This document shows, piece after piece, positions 36,203 to 46,681 of a DNA stretch of 64,000 bases (position 1 is its first letter; every line of letters starts with the position of its first letter). The notes beneath the pieces are model-generated. The model made no database searches. It was not told the DNA's origin and saw nothing but the letters and a program-made list of their open reading frames with translations. The stretch is from assembly GCF_000315625.1 (NCBI RefSeq), contig NW_005434638.1, positions 251,300 to 315,299 of the forward strand, written 5' to 3'. The DNA is from Guillardia theta CCMP2712. Its lineage: Eukaryota > Protista > Cryptophyta. Both the position numbers and the translations under genes were made by a program.

Positions 36203-36304
36203 TTTACTCAAAGTTAAGTTAAAAATCAGTACGAGGACAATCAGGAGAGTCGAGGAGGCTTGACCCTGACACTGTCGCACAGGCCAAACGGCGAGAAGAG
36301 AAAA
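36203..36304 (+). repeat. 102-bp direct repeat, copy 2
   Basis: Identical to 33303-33404, offset 2900 bp. Confidence 0.95.
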
Positions 36305-37325
36305 GACAGCGAGAACCAAACCTAAACCTGCCGAGGCTTTCACTGCCGGGCGCGACAGGATGCACTGGGCATGGGAGGGGGTGGGTCATCTCAGTGATCA
36401 CCCACTTCACTGTACTGAACCAAAAAAGAACTGATAACCCCACCCCCCTCCTGTATCTATTTATATGACTTTTTCACTGGGTATCTCGATTAGCACCACT
36501 CGTCTACATTTTTTTGCTCCTTCACCTCCCAAGTGCTGCTAGCGACGCTTGAGACGCATTCTGTCCCTCGACCCCCTGCCCACCGATCCGCTCCAATTCA
36601 CCTGTCCTCTGCTCTTTGATCTTATTGTTGCACGCACATTCAAGCAAAACAACCTTCAAGTCTGGATACATCATCCCTTCAAGCTCGCTACAAAGGTACC
36701 ATTCGACTCTCAACTACTTTCAACATTACAACGATACTCGTTTCATCGTTGTATCTGATCTTGTAATATGGGAAACGTCCCCGCTCACCAGCCCCAGCCC
36801 CAAGCCTACGATTCCCTCAGCATGCAGCAGCTCCGCGCCCAGAGGCTCCTCGGTCCCATAGACTGGCAGGACGACGACAGCTGCGAGATGCATACCACGA
36901 TCAACACCATCAATAACTCCCTCATGCACGCTGCTCTACAAGACGTCGAGTGCTCGTCTCCCCGCAAGCCTCGTACCAAGCGAAGCAGCCGCAGGGTAGC
37001 CTTCAGCGTCCCCGCCGACGAGCCCGCCAGCTCAGACAGGCCCTTGACAGTCCCTCTGACCAAGACGCTCAAGGCGTCCTTGACGACCTTCTTCCCCAGG
37101 ACCCGCAGCAGCGACTCGTCGGTAGCTCCTCGGAAGGGCTGGGGCAGGGCGGACCTGGAGGAGAGCGGCGGGCAGGAGGACTCCAAGGTCGCCCTGCTGA
37201 GGCAGCAGGCAGCGGCCAAGCTCAAGAGAGCCGCCGCCTGGAGCTGGACGAGGATGGAGGTACAGGTGCTTTAAGGGCCGAATCCTCCTCACATGTCCAT
37301 CCACTATTACATCTTTCCCCAAATT

Positions 37326-39580
37326 CTACCACATAAACATATTTTGAACTCTGCAACGCGAAGGAGATGTTCCTTCCCATTCTTCATCCCCCTGTCCAGG
37401 TGACGAAACCAGCACAGCATTCCTCTCCGGTGTCCCCTCCCTGCTCACTTCTGCACCTTGCTCGGAATCACTCTCATTCAATCTTCCATTCGAGCCACCT
37501 TCCGGCACTAGGTTGCTCACCCCCTGCGCCATCAAAACTTGGCCTTCTCCATCCAGTGCCAACAGGAAAGGTCGCATAGCTTCACCCACGGCGGTCTGCA
37601 CCTGCTCCCCTATATTGCCCATCTGCTGCACCTGTTGTCCTATATTGGCCACCTGTTGCGTCAGGATGCGGAGAGCATCTGTGAAGTCCATGCTTCCAGA
37701 TGTAACCTGCTCTCCACTGGGACCTGGTACATCCCTCATCCATGCGGCAGCAACACAACTTAAATTCGTTCGCACTTCCTCCCTGATTACAGTCTTGAGA
37801 TCGTCAAACTTGTGCTCGAGTTCTTCCTTCATTCCTTTCAAACTCGTTCGCACTTCCTCCTTGATTGCATTTTTGAGATCGTCAAACTTCTGGTCCAGTT
37901 CTTCCTTCATTCCTTGCATCTTCCCATCCATCTTCTCCTCAATTACCTTGATCTCGCACTTCAACCCTCATCTCGTTCATGTATTTCAATATTTCTGTCT
38001 TTGTTGGAGTACCACTAGCTGACATGCCGCGATGGGTACATCTGTGCGAACACACGATGATATGCTCTCGGCATGACATGAGCCTTGCCATACTGCCTTG
38101 TCCAAACATTCCGAACATCGGCATGCCCCATATGTCATCGTCGCTGTGCGGAAACCATTCTTGTAGAGTTGGAAGGTGCCATAAGATACTTGAAGGAAGA
38201 AGCGGATACATTTTTTGAAATCCTGCCGGGAAACTGCTGTAACCTGATATTAAGCTCTGCCAGCCGATCTCTTCTATTTGCTTCAATCCTTCCGTTGTGA
38301 AGTGGGGGGGAAGTACAGCAAAGTCTGCGGTTCCGCTGTCGTTGCCAGCAAGAATCCTGCCAGCGAACTTGTCTCCACCCGTTCCACCAAGGATATAACG
38401 ATCCTGCGTCTCTCCTGCAACAATTTTACTTCTTATCCCAGTTCCGCAAGCAGACATACCTATCTTCCAATTGGCTCGGATATACACTGTTGGAGCTCCT
38501 GGCATCAGTCCTGTCACTAACAACCGGCTGACAAACAGCACTGCAAGTCGCACCGGGACCATCCATCATACCCAGCAAATGGGTGATTCCTCCCTTCCGC
38601 AATGAATGGGTCCCAGCATTGTCCAAGTTGCCATGCTGGTCCTTTGCAGCTTGAGATGCCATGCGTTGCATCAGCCGTGCATACCTCTGTTTCTGATCCC
38701 GCCCCATCAGCAGCTTGTTTCCCTCCCTGGCAAGGAAGACGCTTCGAGTGGCAAAGGTGTACAAAGCAAGAGCAAGGACTTGACATATCTCTGGATTGTA
38801 GGGTGCGGCAAAAAGATGCTTGATCCTGGTGCTTTTCAAGTCAGTCCCAATCCCGGCTTGGTCTGTTTTGGTGCGCAAAAGTGAGCACCACTTTCATGTA
38901 ATCATTCTCCCAATCAAAGTGCTGAAGATGCAAGATGTCAAGGCTCTCACTCCTGCAGATGAGAATCCACATGAAACATGTGCATGTCCATCCAAAAATC
39001 CACGTGTCTCCGGGTTCTGTGCTACCTCGACGAGGTTTCACGTTCCTAAACGTTGTGCATAGGCAGATATACTCATCCATGCTTATCCTTGTTCTGCCTT
39101 CATGAATGCGCATGACTCCTCGAGATTTCTTCTCCGTAACTGCTTTCGTGTAAGACTTCATGCAACGGTCCAACACCTCGTCTATACACATTGCTGCTTC
39201 TCCTTCTGGCACTGTCCCTAGCTACAAATTCCACGTTTCTACATTGCTACAGGTACTTCAACGCCCTTTTGTAACCTCGTATCGTAGGCACTGCTACTGT
39301 CGGTTTGTCATCATTGCTGGTGGTGCCTGCTTGTTCTTCATTTGACTGTAATTCTCGAAATGCCTGGATATTCAAAATCAAGTACTCCTGAACCAATGAC
39401 CCCGCGATCCTGGAAGACATGTAATAATTCTTCGTCAGATTGCCCACCTTTCAGACTACTAGCACAAAGATGATGTAAGGGTCTGTTGCAATACTGGTAG
39501 ACTTTCAACTGAGCCTCAGGTTGCCCTCGCATAACACATGAGGCTTCATACAAGCATGTCTGCCCAGCCGGTGCCGACAT
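37326..39580 (-). mobile_element. Crypton-type (CryptonS-like) tyrosine recombinase gene, intron-containing, decayed
   Basis: HEGRTRISMDEY...WILICRS...HFDWEND...TKTDQAG...HLFAAPYNPEICQVLALALY...GTHSLRKGG...RANW...QDRY...GDKFAGR...FAVLPPHF. Introns at 38553-38499 and 38459-38415. Frameshifts near 38880 and 37965, and stops near 39250-39340. Confidence 0.85.
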
Positions 39581-39799
39581 TGTTTGCCACGATCCAAATG
39601 TTCTTTCTGATATGGGTACTTAAGATTGTGGTGGAATCTGTGAAATTCTGTGTTCTTGGCAGTGTTTCACTCTGATGATTATGATGGCAACGAAGAAAGG
39701 TGCTCATCGGAACCGCTCTAATTCCGGTTTGCTTTTCTTTTTCTCGCGCCATTCATGGCTTCTACACATACATGCTCGTTTGGCTATCAATTCAAGGTA

Positions 39800-40782
39800 C
39801 ATGATGAAAGCATTCGATTGTATCAATGATCAAGATGCAAGCCTGATGTGCCATCATCTTTGCGTGAATGAATATTTTGATTCGGAAGGATACACCAGCT
39901 GTGAGTGTGAGCAACGTGGGAAAACAGCCCTTCCATCAATTTCTCAAGATGCACTTGCTTGCAACAAGCCATGTAGAAGGATCTAATTATGGCACAGAGT
40001 GGATGATGATGATGATGATGTGATTTTGATGATGCTGAGGAAGAGGTGGTGGTGGAGCACGAGCTGGAGAACATGCAACAGGACGAGGACGAGGACGAGG
40101 ACCGTACGAAGACGAAGGTTGCCTTTGGGGAATGTGAAGAAGACGAGGAAGATGTAAGGGGGCAGATAGAATCAGTAAGTGGAATCTGTAAGAGATTGGA
40201 TGGGAAAGAGATTGGATCTGTAAGAGATTGGTCAACCCGAAGACCTCCTATTGGAGTTCGGTAAGCCAACTGATTACTTTGCTGGAGTTGAGCACAAGTT
40301 TGCAGTCCAACCCGTAGTTAAGAAGATCAAGAGTTGCTGGAAAGACGGGGTCGGTTTCTTGGTACATGAGGAAATGCTCGCACCAGCAAATGTCTTCGTT
40401 GCTGATAATGAAGAAAAAAGCTACTTGAAGTTTCAGTCAAACATGTCTCTAAGGTCTGGCGTCAAGCATGTTTACAGAAGGAACAACCGCTCAAAGACTT
40501 TCGGTGGAAGATTGATACAAACATATATTGGAGTAGATGAGGCGGCAGTGGGTGTCACGGGATGTCATCTGTAGGTCCATGAACACGATTCAGATCCTGC
40601 TGCATGCAACACATCTGATGGCAAGATGATCATATGTGCGTTGGTGTTCCGAGCCTGGAGGATTTGAAACGCAAGGTTGCAGCAAACAACGATTCAGTCG
40701 CAGGCATGCTGAAGGAGATTCCGGAGATAGGGCAACATGCGACAGAACACCAGGAACAGGAAGAGGAACCTGACCTCGGAGA
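39800..40782 (+). pseudogene. Decayed ORF divergent from the recombinase (HHLC/Cys motif, acidic tract)
   Basis: Frame-broken segments LMCHHLCVNEYF, DEDEDED, EFGKPTDYFAGVEHKF; lies inside the same insertion. Confidence 0.4.
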
Positions 40783-41177
40783 CCTACGTCCAGGAGCGGA
40801 TCAAGACGCTGTCATCGGCGAGGTAGGAAGCTGGACGAGGATGGAGGTACAGCAAGCGTGGGTGGAGGGGTACTGAGAGGCGAGAGTAAGGGAGAGAACG
40901 GGGAGGGTCTGTGATATAGGCGAGGGCTGTAGCGGTGTGTGTGCGAGGGATGTAAATAAAGCGCTAGGAGAGCAAGGCGGGAGCACAAGCGTTTGACATG
41001 TTGTCTCCGTGATGCAAGAAGAAGTTGAGTTGGGGAACTTGTCCCACATCGGACTTGAGCTGGACATGCTACCGCACTCTTCACGCGTGTCTGTTGGCTA
41101 TCGACACTTTATCTACACCCTTCGACTTGTCTACAAGCGATTCTCTCACGTCCTCTGCAGTTCCGTGTCCTCGCCTC

Positions 41178-41687
41178 TCAGTACCCCTCCACCCACGCTT
41201 GCTGTACCTCCATCCTCGTCCAGCTCCCTACCTCCACCGTCGCCGGCACCGATGACAGCGTCTTGATCCGCTCCTGGACGTAGGCGGCGGCTCTCTTGAG
41301 CTTGGCCGCTGCCTGCTGCCTCAGCAGGGCGACCTTGGAGTCCTCCTGCCCGCCGCTCTCCTCCAGGTCCGCCCTGCCCCAGCCCTTCCGAGGAGCTACC
41401 GACGAGTCGCAGCTGCGGGTCCTGGGGAAGAAGGTCGTGAAGGACGCCTTGAGCGTCTTTCTCGGAGGGGCTGTCAAGGGCCTGTCTGGGCTGGCGGGCT
41501 CGTCGGCGGGGACGCTGAAGGCTACCCTGCGGCTGCTTCGCTTGGTACGAGGCTTGCGGGGAGACGAGCACTCGACGTCTTGTAGAGCAGCGTGCATGAG
41601 GGAGTTATTGATGGTGTTGATCGTGGTATGCATCTCGCAGCTGTCGTCGTCTTGGGGCTGGGGCTGGTGAGCGGGGACGTTACCCAT
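41178..41687 (-). CDS. MGN/RVAF family copy 3 (in-frame internal deletion)
   Basis: MGNVPAHQPQPQDDDSCEMH...KRSSRRVAFS...QQAWVEGY; near-identical to copy 2 in inverted orientation. Confidence 0.75.
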   Translation of the reverse strand: MGNVPAHQPQPQDDDSCEMHTTINTINNSLMHAALQDVECSSPRKPRTKRSSRRVAFSVPADEPASPDRPLTAPPRKTLKASFTTFFPRTRSCDSSVAPRKGWGRADLEESGGQEDSKVALLRQQAAAKLKRAAAYVQERIKTLSSVPATVEVGSWTRMEVQQAWVEGY

Positions 41688-42439
41688 CTGTGTGAGGAGG
41701 TGATGATGGTACGGCAAAGGGTGAAAGGGGGCTGGTGAGCGGGGACGTTACCCATCTGTGTGAGGAGGTGAACTTGATCTGTGAGTAGGAGCTGCTGTTG
41801 CAAGCCGCCTTGTATGTGATGGTGATAAACTCGATTGACAAACTTGATCTGTGAGTAGGAGCTGCTGTTGCAAGCCGCACGTGGTAGCCAGGGGTAAAGC
41901 GGCAGGACGCAGTCATCAGGACACACGATTGTCGAAGTACCCACGTTTTCGCTTCAGTCGCTCGCGGGAAAGGGGGGGTAGGGTCCTTTGGAAGCAGGTG
42001 GAGATGCCAGGTCGCTCGTTGTACCGTACTCGGTACTGTCCGAGTCGGGTTCCTCAAGACATGTTACTCCTAGGGACTACCCCCATCTACACGCTTCTCT
42101 GTACCCCTCGTTACAGGAGTACCGGGCCGCATTCCGTCGAGTCAACCTGATTGAGATGGCGCGATTTTCATTTGATGACTCTCGATGACAGTAGATGGCT
42201 GACCTCATTCCTCAGTCCCAGGCAGTCCCCTTTCTTCCTGCCATCCTCTTCTACTTCGTACAACAGATATGGATCCCCTGCCCGCCCCAGAGCTCCTGCC
42301 CTCGTCCTCCCCTTGACCCCGTCTTGACGTGTCATCCGCTCAGGTCTCAGATTGGTGACGTCCCCGCTCACCAGCCCCAGCCCCAAGACTACACAGATTC
42401 CCTCAGCATGCAGCAGCTCCGCGCCAAACAACTTCCTTG

Positions 42440-43600
42440 GCCCTGACAAGAACCGCAATATTGTCGCATTGCCAGGTTTTTGAGTGTTGTTGATTCGAAA
42501 CTCATAATCTCCTGGGAGAATCTCATGCCCCTCGAATCTTTCGCTCCAAACGTTGACGACACCAATCAACTGCCATCACCAAGTACGGCATGATTTTGTG
42601 TGTTGTTTTGAAAGCGTCGATATCGTTACTGGCAAACATCACCAATTCAGAAACTACATCTGGCAATCACCACAAGCATGTAAGTTTGAAACTGCTCTTT
42701 CGACATTGCATATCGCAGAGAACTCATGCTCTGATGTTTTCTTTTGTGCTTGATACAGAGAGTCGTGCTTGCTCACTCAGAATCCTTCGGATGATTTCGC
42801 ATCGGGTGTTGCCATCAAGGGTTCTGAACGTTTCACAAACTGTCTGAATGAACAGCTCGGAGTCTGCGTTGGTGTGCTTCTTTGGGAGACATGGATCAAT
42901 ATGCTCATCCGACAATTTTGCATATCTTCAGAATGATCACACTACAGAGAGGGGAAGAAAGCAACATCACAGACTTACCGCGAAAAGTAATCGTGAATCG
43001 TGGATTGTAATGAATTCAAATCTTCGAAATGTGAGGTAGACCACTTTTCGATTCGGGAAAAAGAGTTCGATGCTTTCTGTGCATATTGACAAGCTGTGTA
43101 CGAAGTCGATTTAAATGCTCATACATAGCAGTGGTTCCTGCATGTGGATTTCCAGATGCTTGTGTTTCGAAAACCTTCGTGTAATAGTAGAGAAAGCATT
43201 TCGCAAACCCTTCTGATGTATGACCGTAAACATCTCCAAGGACTTTTAGCTTCTTTTGGACTTCAAATAAGGATACAGAACGAAGACTTAACTTCAGATG
43301 CTGGGTCGCTGAAGTGAGAAGATTGTTGTCTTCACACTCAAAAGACAAAGTTGCATGATAACCGACATTTTTTATTGCAAGAAATCCAACAGCTTGAAAA
43401 CCAAGGTATCATCCCACTTCGAGAGAAAATCCGCTTAGAATCACACTCATCCTTTTGGGTTTTGAATAAATGTACACAAGTTGTGCAAACAGGCACACCT
43501 TGCCACCTTCGAACACTGGCCTTCTTCCTTGGTTTTTGGCATGATTGGCATGTTTCGGTCTTCCGCACCTTCGGCTTGCCCATGGCGAGGGGGGTCACAG
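42440..43600 (-). pseudogene. Decayed gene with an N-terminal CxxC...CxxC motif, possible TE relic
   Basis: MGKPKVRKTETCQSCQKPRKKASVRRWQGVPVCTTC followed by frame-broken AT-rich coding segments; no catalytic motif recognised. Confidence 0.35.
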
Positions 43601-45023
43601 GTTTGCCCGCCAAAAATCGGATTTGAATTTTGTTGTGATACCCTGCCATGGCATGCGGCAGAACCCCCTGAAAAAACTGCCATAGCGCCCCACACAGACC
43701 GCATGGAGGCGACAAGGGGGGGGGGGGGGGGTATTTAACTAATTATTTGTACTGTTTACTTCCCGGTCCAGGGGTTGACCCGCCTGTCAGCACCTATCAA
43801 ATGGACCCCTTCCCCCTCCCCGTTGGACCCCCTCCGCACTCTAGAACTAGAACGAGGCTCTATGGTGAGGTGGTTGGGGTTCCCTCTTGGGACTACCTCC
43901 ACCACCCTCCTTGGCTCCGTAGTACAGTCCTCGACCCTCATCAGTCCCCGACTCACAGTCCCCGACAGTCCCCCTCTCCCCTCCCCCACTGCTCCTACAC
44001 AGCTGTAGCTCACCCAGCCCCGCCCCAGAGCTCCTGCTCCTGCCTCTACCTCGTCAATCCTTTCACCCTTCGCCATAGCGCCGTCTTCATGTGTTTTCCG
44101 CACAGGTCCTCAGAAGGATAACTTCCCACCATTCATCAGCCCCAGCCCAAAGACTCCATCCATGCTCTCCGCGAGAGCTTCCTCTCCATGCAGCAGCTCT
44201 GTGTCGAGGGACGATGACAGCGGTAACTTGGAAGTTGAACTTCTGTCAACGACGAGATTGATCAATAAGCTTGTGGACGAGGTGGAAACAGGAAAAGCCA
44301 AGACAGAGATCTTGATGACACAAGTCTCTTCTTGAGGGGGAAGACACATACTCAAGATAACATTCCTTACCCCCCGTTTCTCCACGAGATTTTGAGTTCA
44401 TGGCAAGGGTGGTATAAAGTTGATTAGCCTCGATGTACACAATCCTCCCCGACAATCCCCCTGCCCCACAACGCAAATCTTGCAAGATCTGCTCCTACAC
44501 AAACATAGCCTACAATGTAGCCTACCGGTCTATCCCTTGCAGAGGGATACTGAGAGGCGAGGACGCGGACTCTGCAGAGGACGTGAGAGAATCGCTTGTA
44601 GACAAGTCTAGGGGTGTAGATAAAGTGTCGATAGCCAGCAGATGCGTGAAGAGTGCGGTAGCATGTCCAGCTCAAGTCAGATTTGAACAGCAGAGCGTGA
44701 ATGAGGGAGTTATTGATGGTGTTGATCGTGATATGCATCGTGGTTAGCGACAGATAATGGAGAGATTTGTAATGAGAGGTGCGAGTCATGTACAGAGATT
44801 AGTTATCTGGACTGATCAATTAAAGTAAATTGTGTAGCTTTTGACGGTGGTACTAGATAAGTATTCATTCCAACAAAAACCAAGGGAGACGGTAGATACG
44901 AGCAAATACACTCAAACGTCGGGAAAGGACATGACATGAGGGGAGGGGATGCTGACGGCTCTGAATACACGAAGCAAGAAAGAGGCTAGAGGTATGCATC
45001 AGCCTCTAAACGTCTGCCGTCGC

Positions 45024-45750
45024 CTAGAGCTCCTTTTTGTCGTCTGCTGTTTCCTTGACCTCGAACTCTGTCGGCGCACAGATCTTCGCAATCTCAGAGC
45101 AGACAGTCTTCTTGTTGGATTCGAGCAATCCCGAGGTCCGGGCATCGAAGAAAAACTTTACAATGTCATGCTCGTGCTCCGCAATCAGACTCTGGGTAAA
45201 ATTGTCACTTTGAAGAGAGCTTCTGGATAAAGACGGTTACCTGGCACATGGCCAACAGCTGATTCTTGTATTCTTTGTTGCCGACTGACGTTTCCATGCG
45301 CGTGTACTCGGCTTTCCCGCTCACCGACGTCACGTTGTACTTGTCGAAGAGATGATCCATTGTGCATACACGATCTACAGCTTCCTGCACGGAGAGTTCG
45401 CTCTCGACGTATGGCACTTTCGTCTTCTTCTTTCTCTGGTTCAAGATCAGTTCAACCCTCCCAACCTTGGAGGCCGATCCTACTCACCTTCTCGATAAGG
45501 ATGGTCTCTCCGGCACGTGTTTGCCATTCGTGTTCAACCTCTCGTCTCATTTCTTCCGCGACTGCTTTACATGCCGAGCACTTAAGAGCCTTGTAGGTAG
45601 TCTTAACTTTCTGTGAATCTGATTAGCAAACCTGTGCATCGTGCATTGAACAAATGCCTTCTTCTTTCCTTCAACCGAAGGAAACAGTGCAAGGAGCACG
45701 CATAAGCATACAACCAAGAGATGTGTCTTCCTGCAGTGCATATTAGACAT
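45024..45750 (-). CDS. Canopy/MSAP (DUF3456) saposin-like ER protein
   Basis: Signal peptide; LKCSACKAVAEE; VPYVESELSVQEAVDRVC; LLAMCQ; C-terminal VCSEIAKIC...DDKKEL* (KDEL-like). The first intron is GC-AG. Confidence 0.85.
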
Positions 45751-46681
45751 TTTAGTGGTACGACAAGTCAAACAATAGCAACACACCTCATCATCACTGC
45801 ACAAGTCTCAGTATCGTTGTCAGGACGTGTTTTGGCCGACTAATCAGAACGAATCCATGCGGAGGTTGCTTGATATCAGCAGTTGCAATACTCGAGACTC
45901 CGATTCGTCCTAGGCATGACCAAGGTCATGACGAATTACGATTTTTGATGCAAGGAATGGGATCTTTGTTCAGGGTTCGTGGCAAGGGCGCGCAGTACGG
46001 ACGGGATACAGGGTGCTGATCCCTTGGAAGTATGCAAAGGATTCCGTTCTCAACACACTACATTTCTGCAACCAGCTTACTTTCTACACTTCTGCCACCA
46101 GCCTACTTTCTTATCGAACGTTCTACGGACTCCTTGCCGCTCCTCTTTGTCATAATTCCAATACGCAACAAGGTGGTTAATATCATACTGTCTCAGTTGT
46201 AATCCACACGCATGCTCTGTCTTTCCCTCGTTCCCAATTTTCTGACAGAGAGCAGAGAAAAGAGACAAACACATTTTTTTCCGATCGACTTCTTTCCTCT
46301 TCCCTGCTCCTTTTCTCCATCTCCAAGCACTACCGGCTCCTCCTTCCCAAGCATTTCCTCCATGCCGTCATCGTCCTGGTGCCACGCGTCGGGTAGGATG
46401 ACTCAAGTCTGTCGTGGGGTCCTTCCGGATACAAATTTCAACATGTACCTTTTAATTATGAAAATGAAAAAGATGCCCTGACGTAATGTTTCAAAAATAA
46501 GTAGACCCTGACGAATATCTGGTAAAATATTTCCCAGACAAAAGAACGTTCTGGCGATCTCGAACCCGGCTTCACTGCGAGTCCTCGGACCGACTTGCCA
46601 GCGGCCCGGGCCGGCCCGGCCGGGCCCGGGCGGCCGGGCCCCACACGGTGACCCGCCGGGACCGTACGGATCGGACTACGG

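Larger units (their letters stand above)
36768..40876 (+). pseudogene. MGN/RVAF family copy 2, interrupted at 37239/40783 by a 3.5-kb insertion
   Basis: The 5' part 36768-37239 ends GCCGCCGCCT. The 3' part resumes CCTACGTCCAGGAGCGG at 40783 and runs to GGGTACTGA (40876) with a small frameshifting deletion. Confidence 0.75.

Noticed and set aside
33303-36304. 102-bp repeats as the LTRs of a retrotransposon
   Set aside because: No TG...CA ends, primer-binding site, polypurine tract or gag/pol between them.
36050-36343. Signal-peptide-like ORF MKASAGLGLVLAVFSLL overlapping the 102-bp repeat
   Set aside because: GTG start, runs into unrelated fragments, and there is no support beyond hydrophobicity.
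37326-39580. DIRS retroelement or Polinton/virophage integrase
   Set aside because: No reverse transcriptase, RNase H, capsid, packaging ATPase or polB recognised nearby; the motifs and introns fit Crypton.
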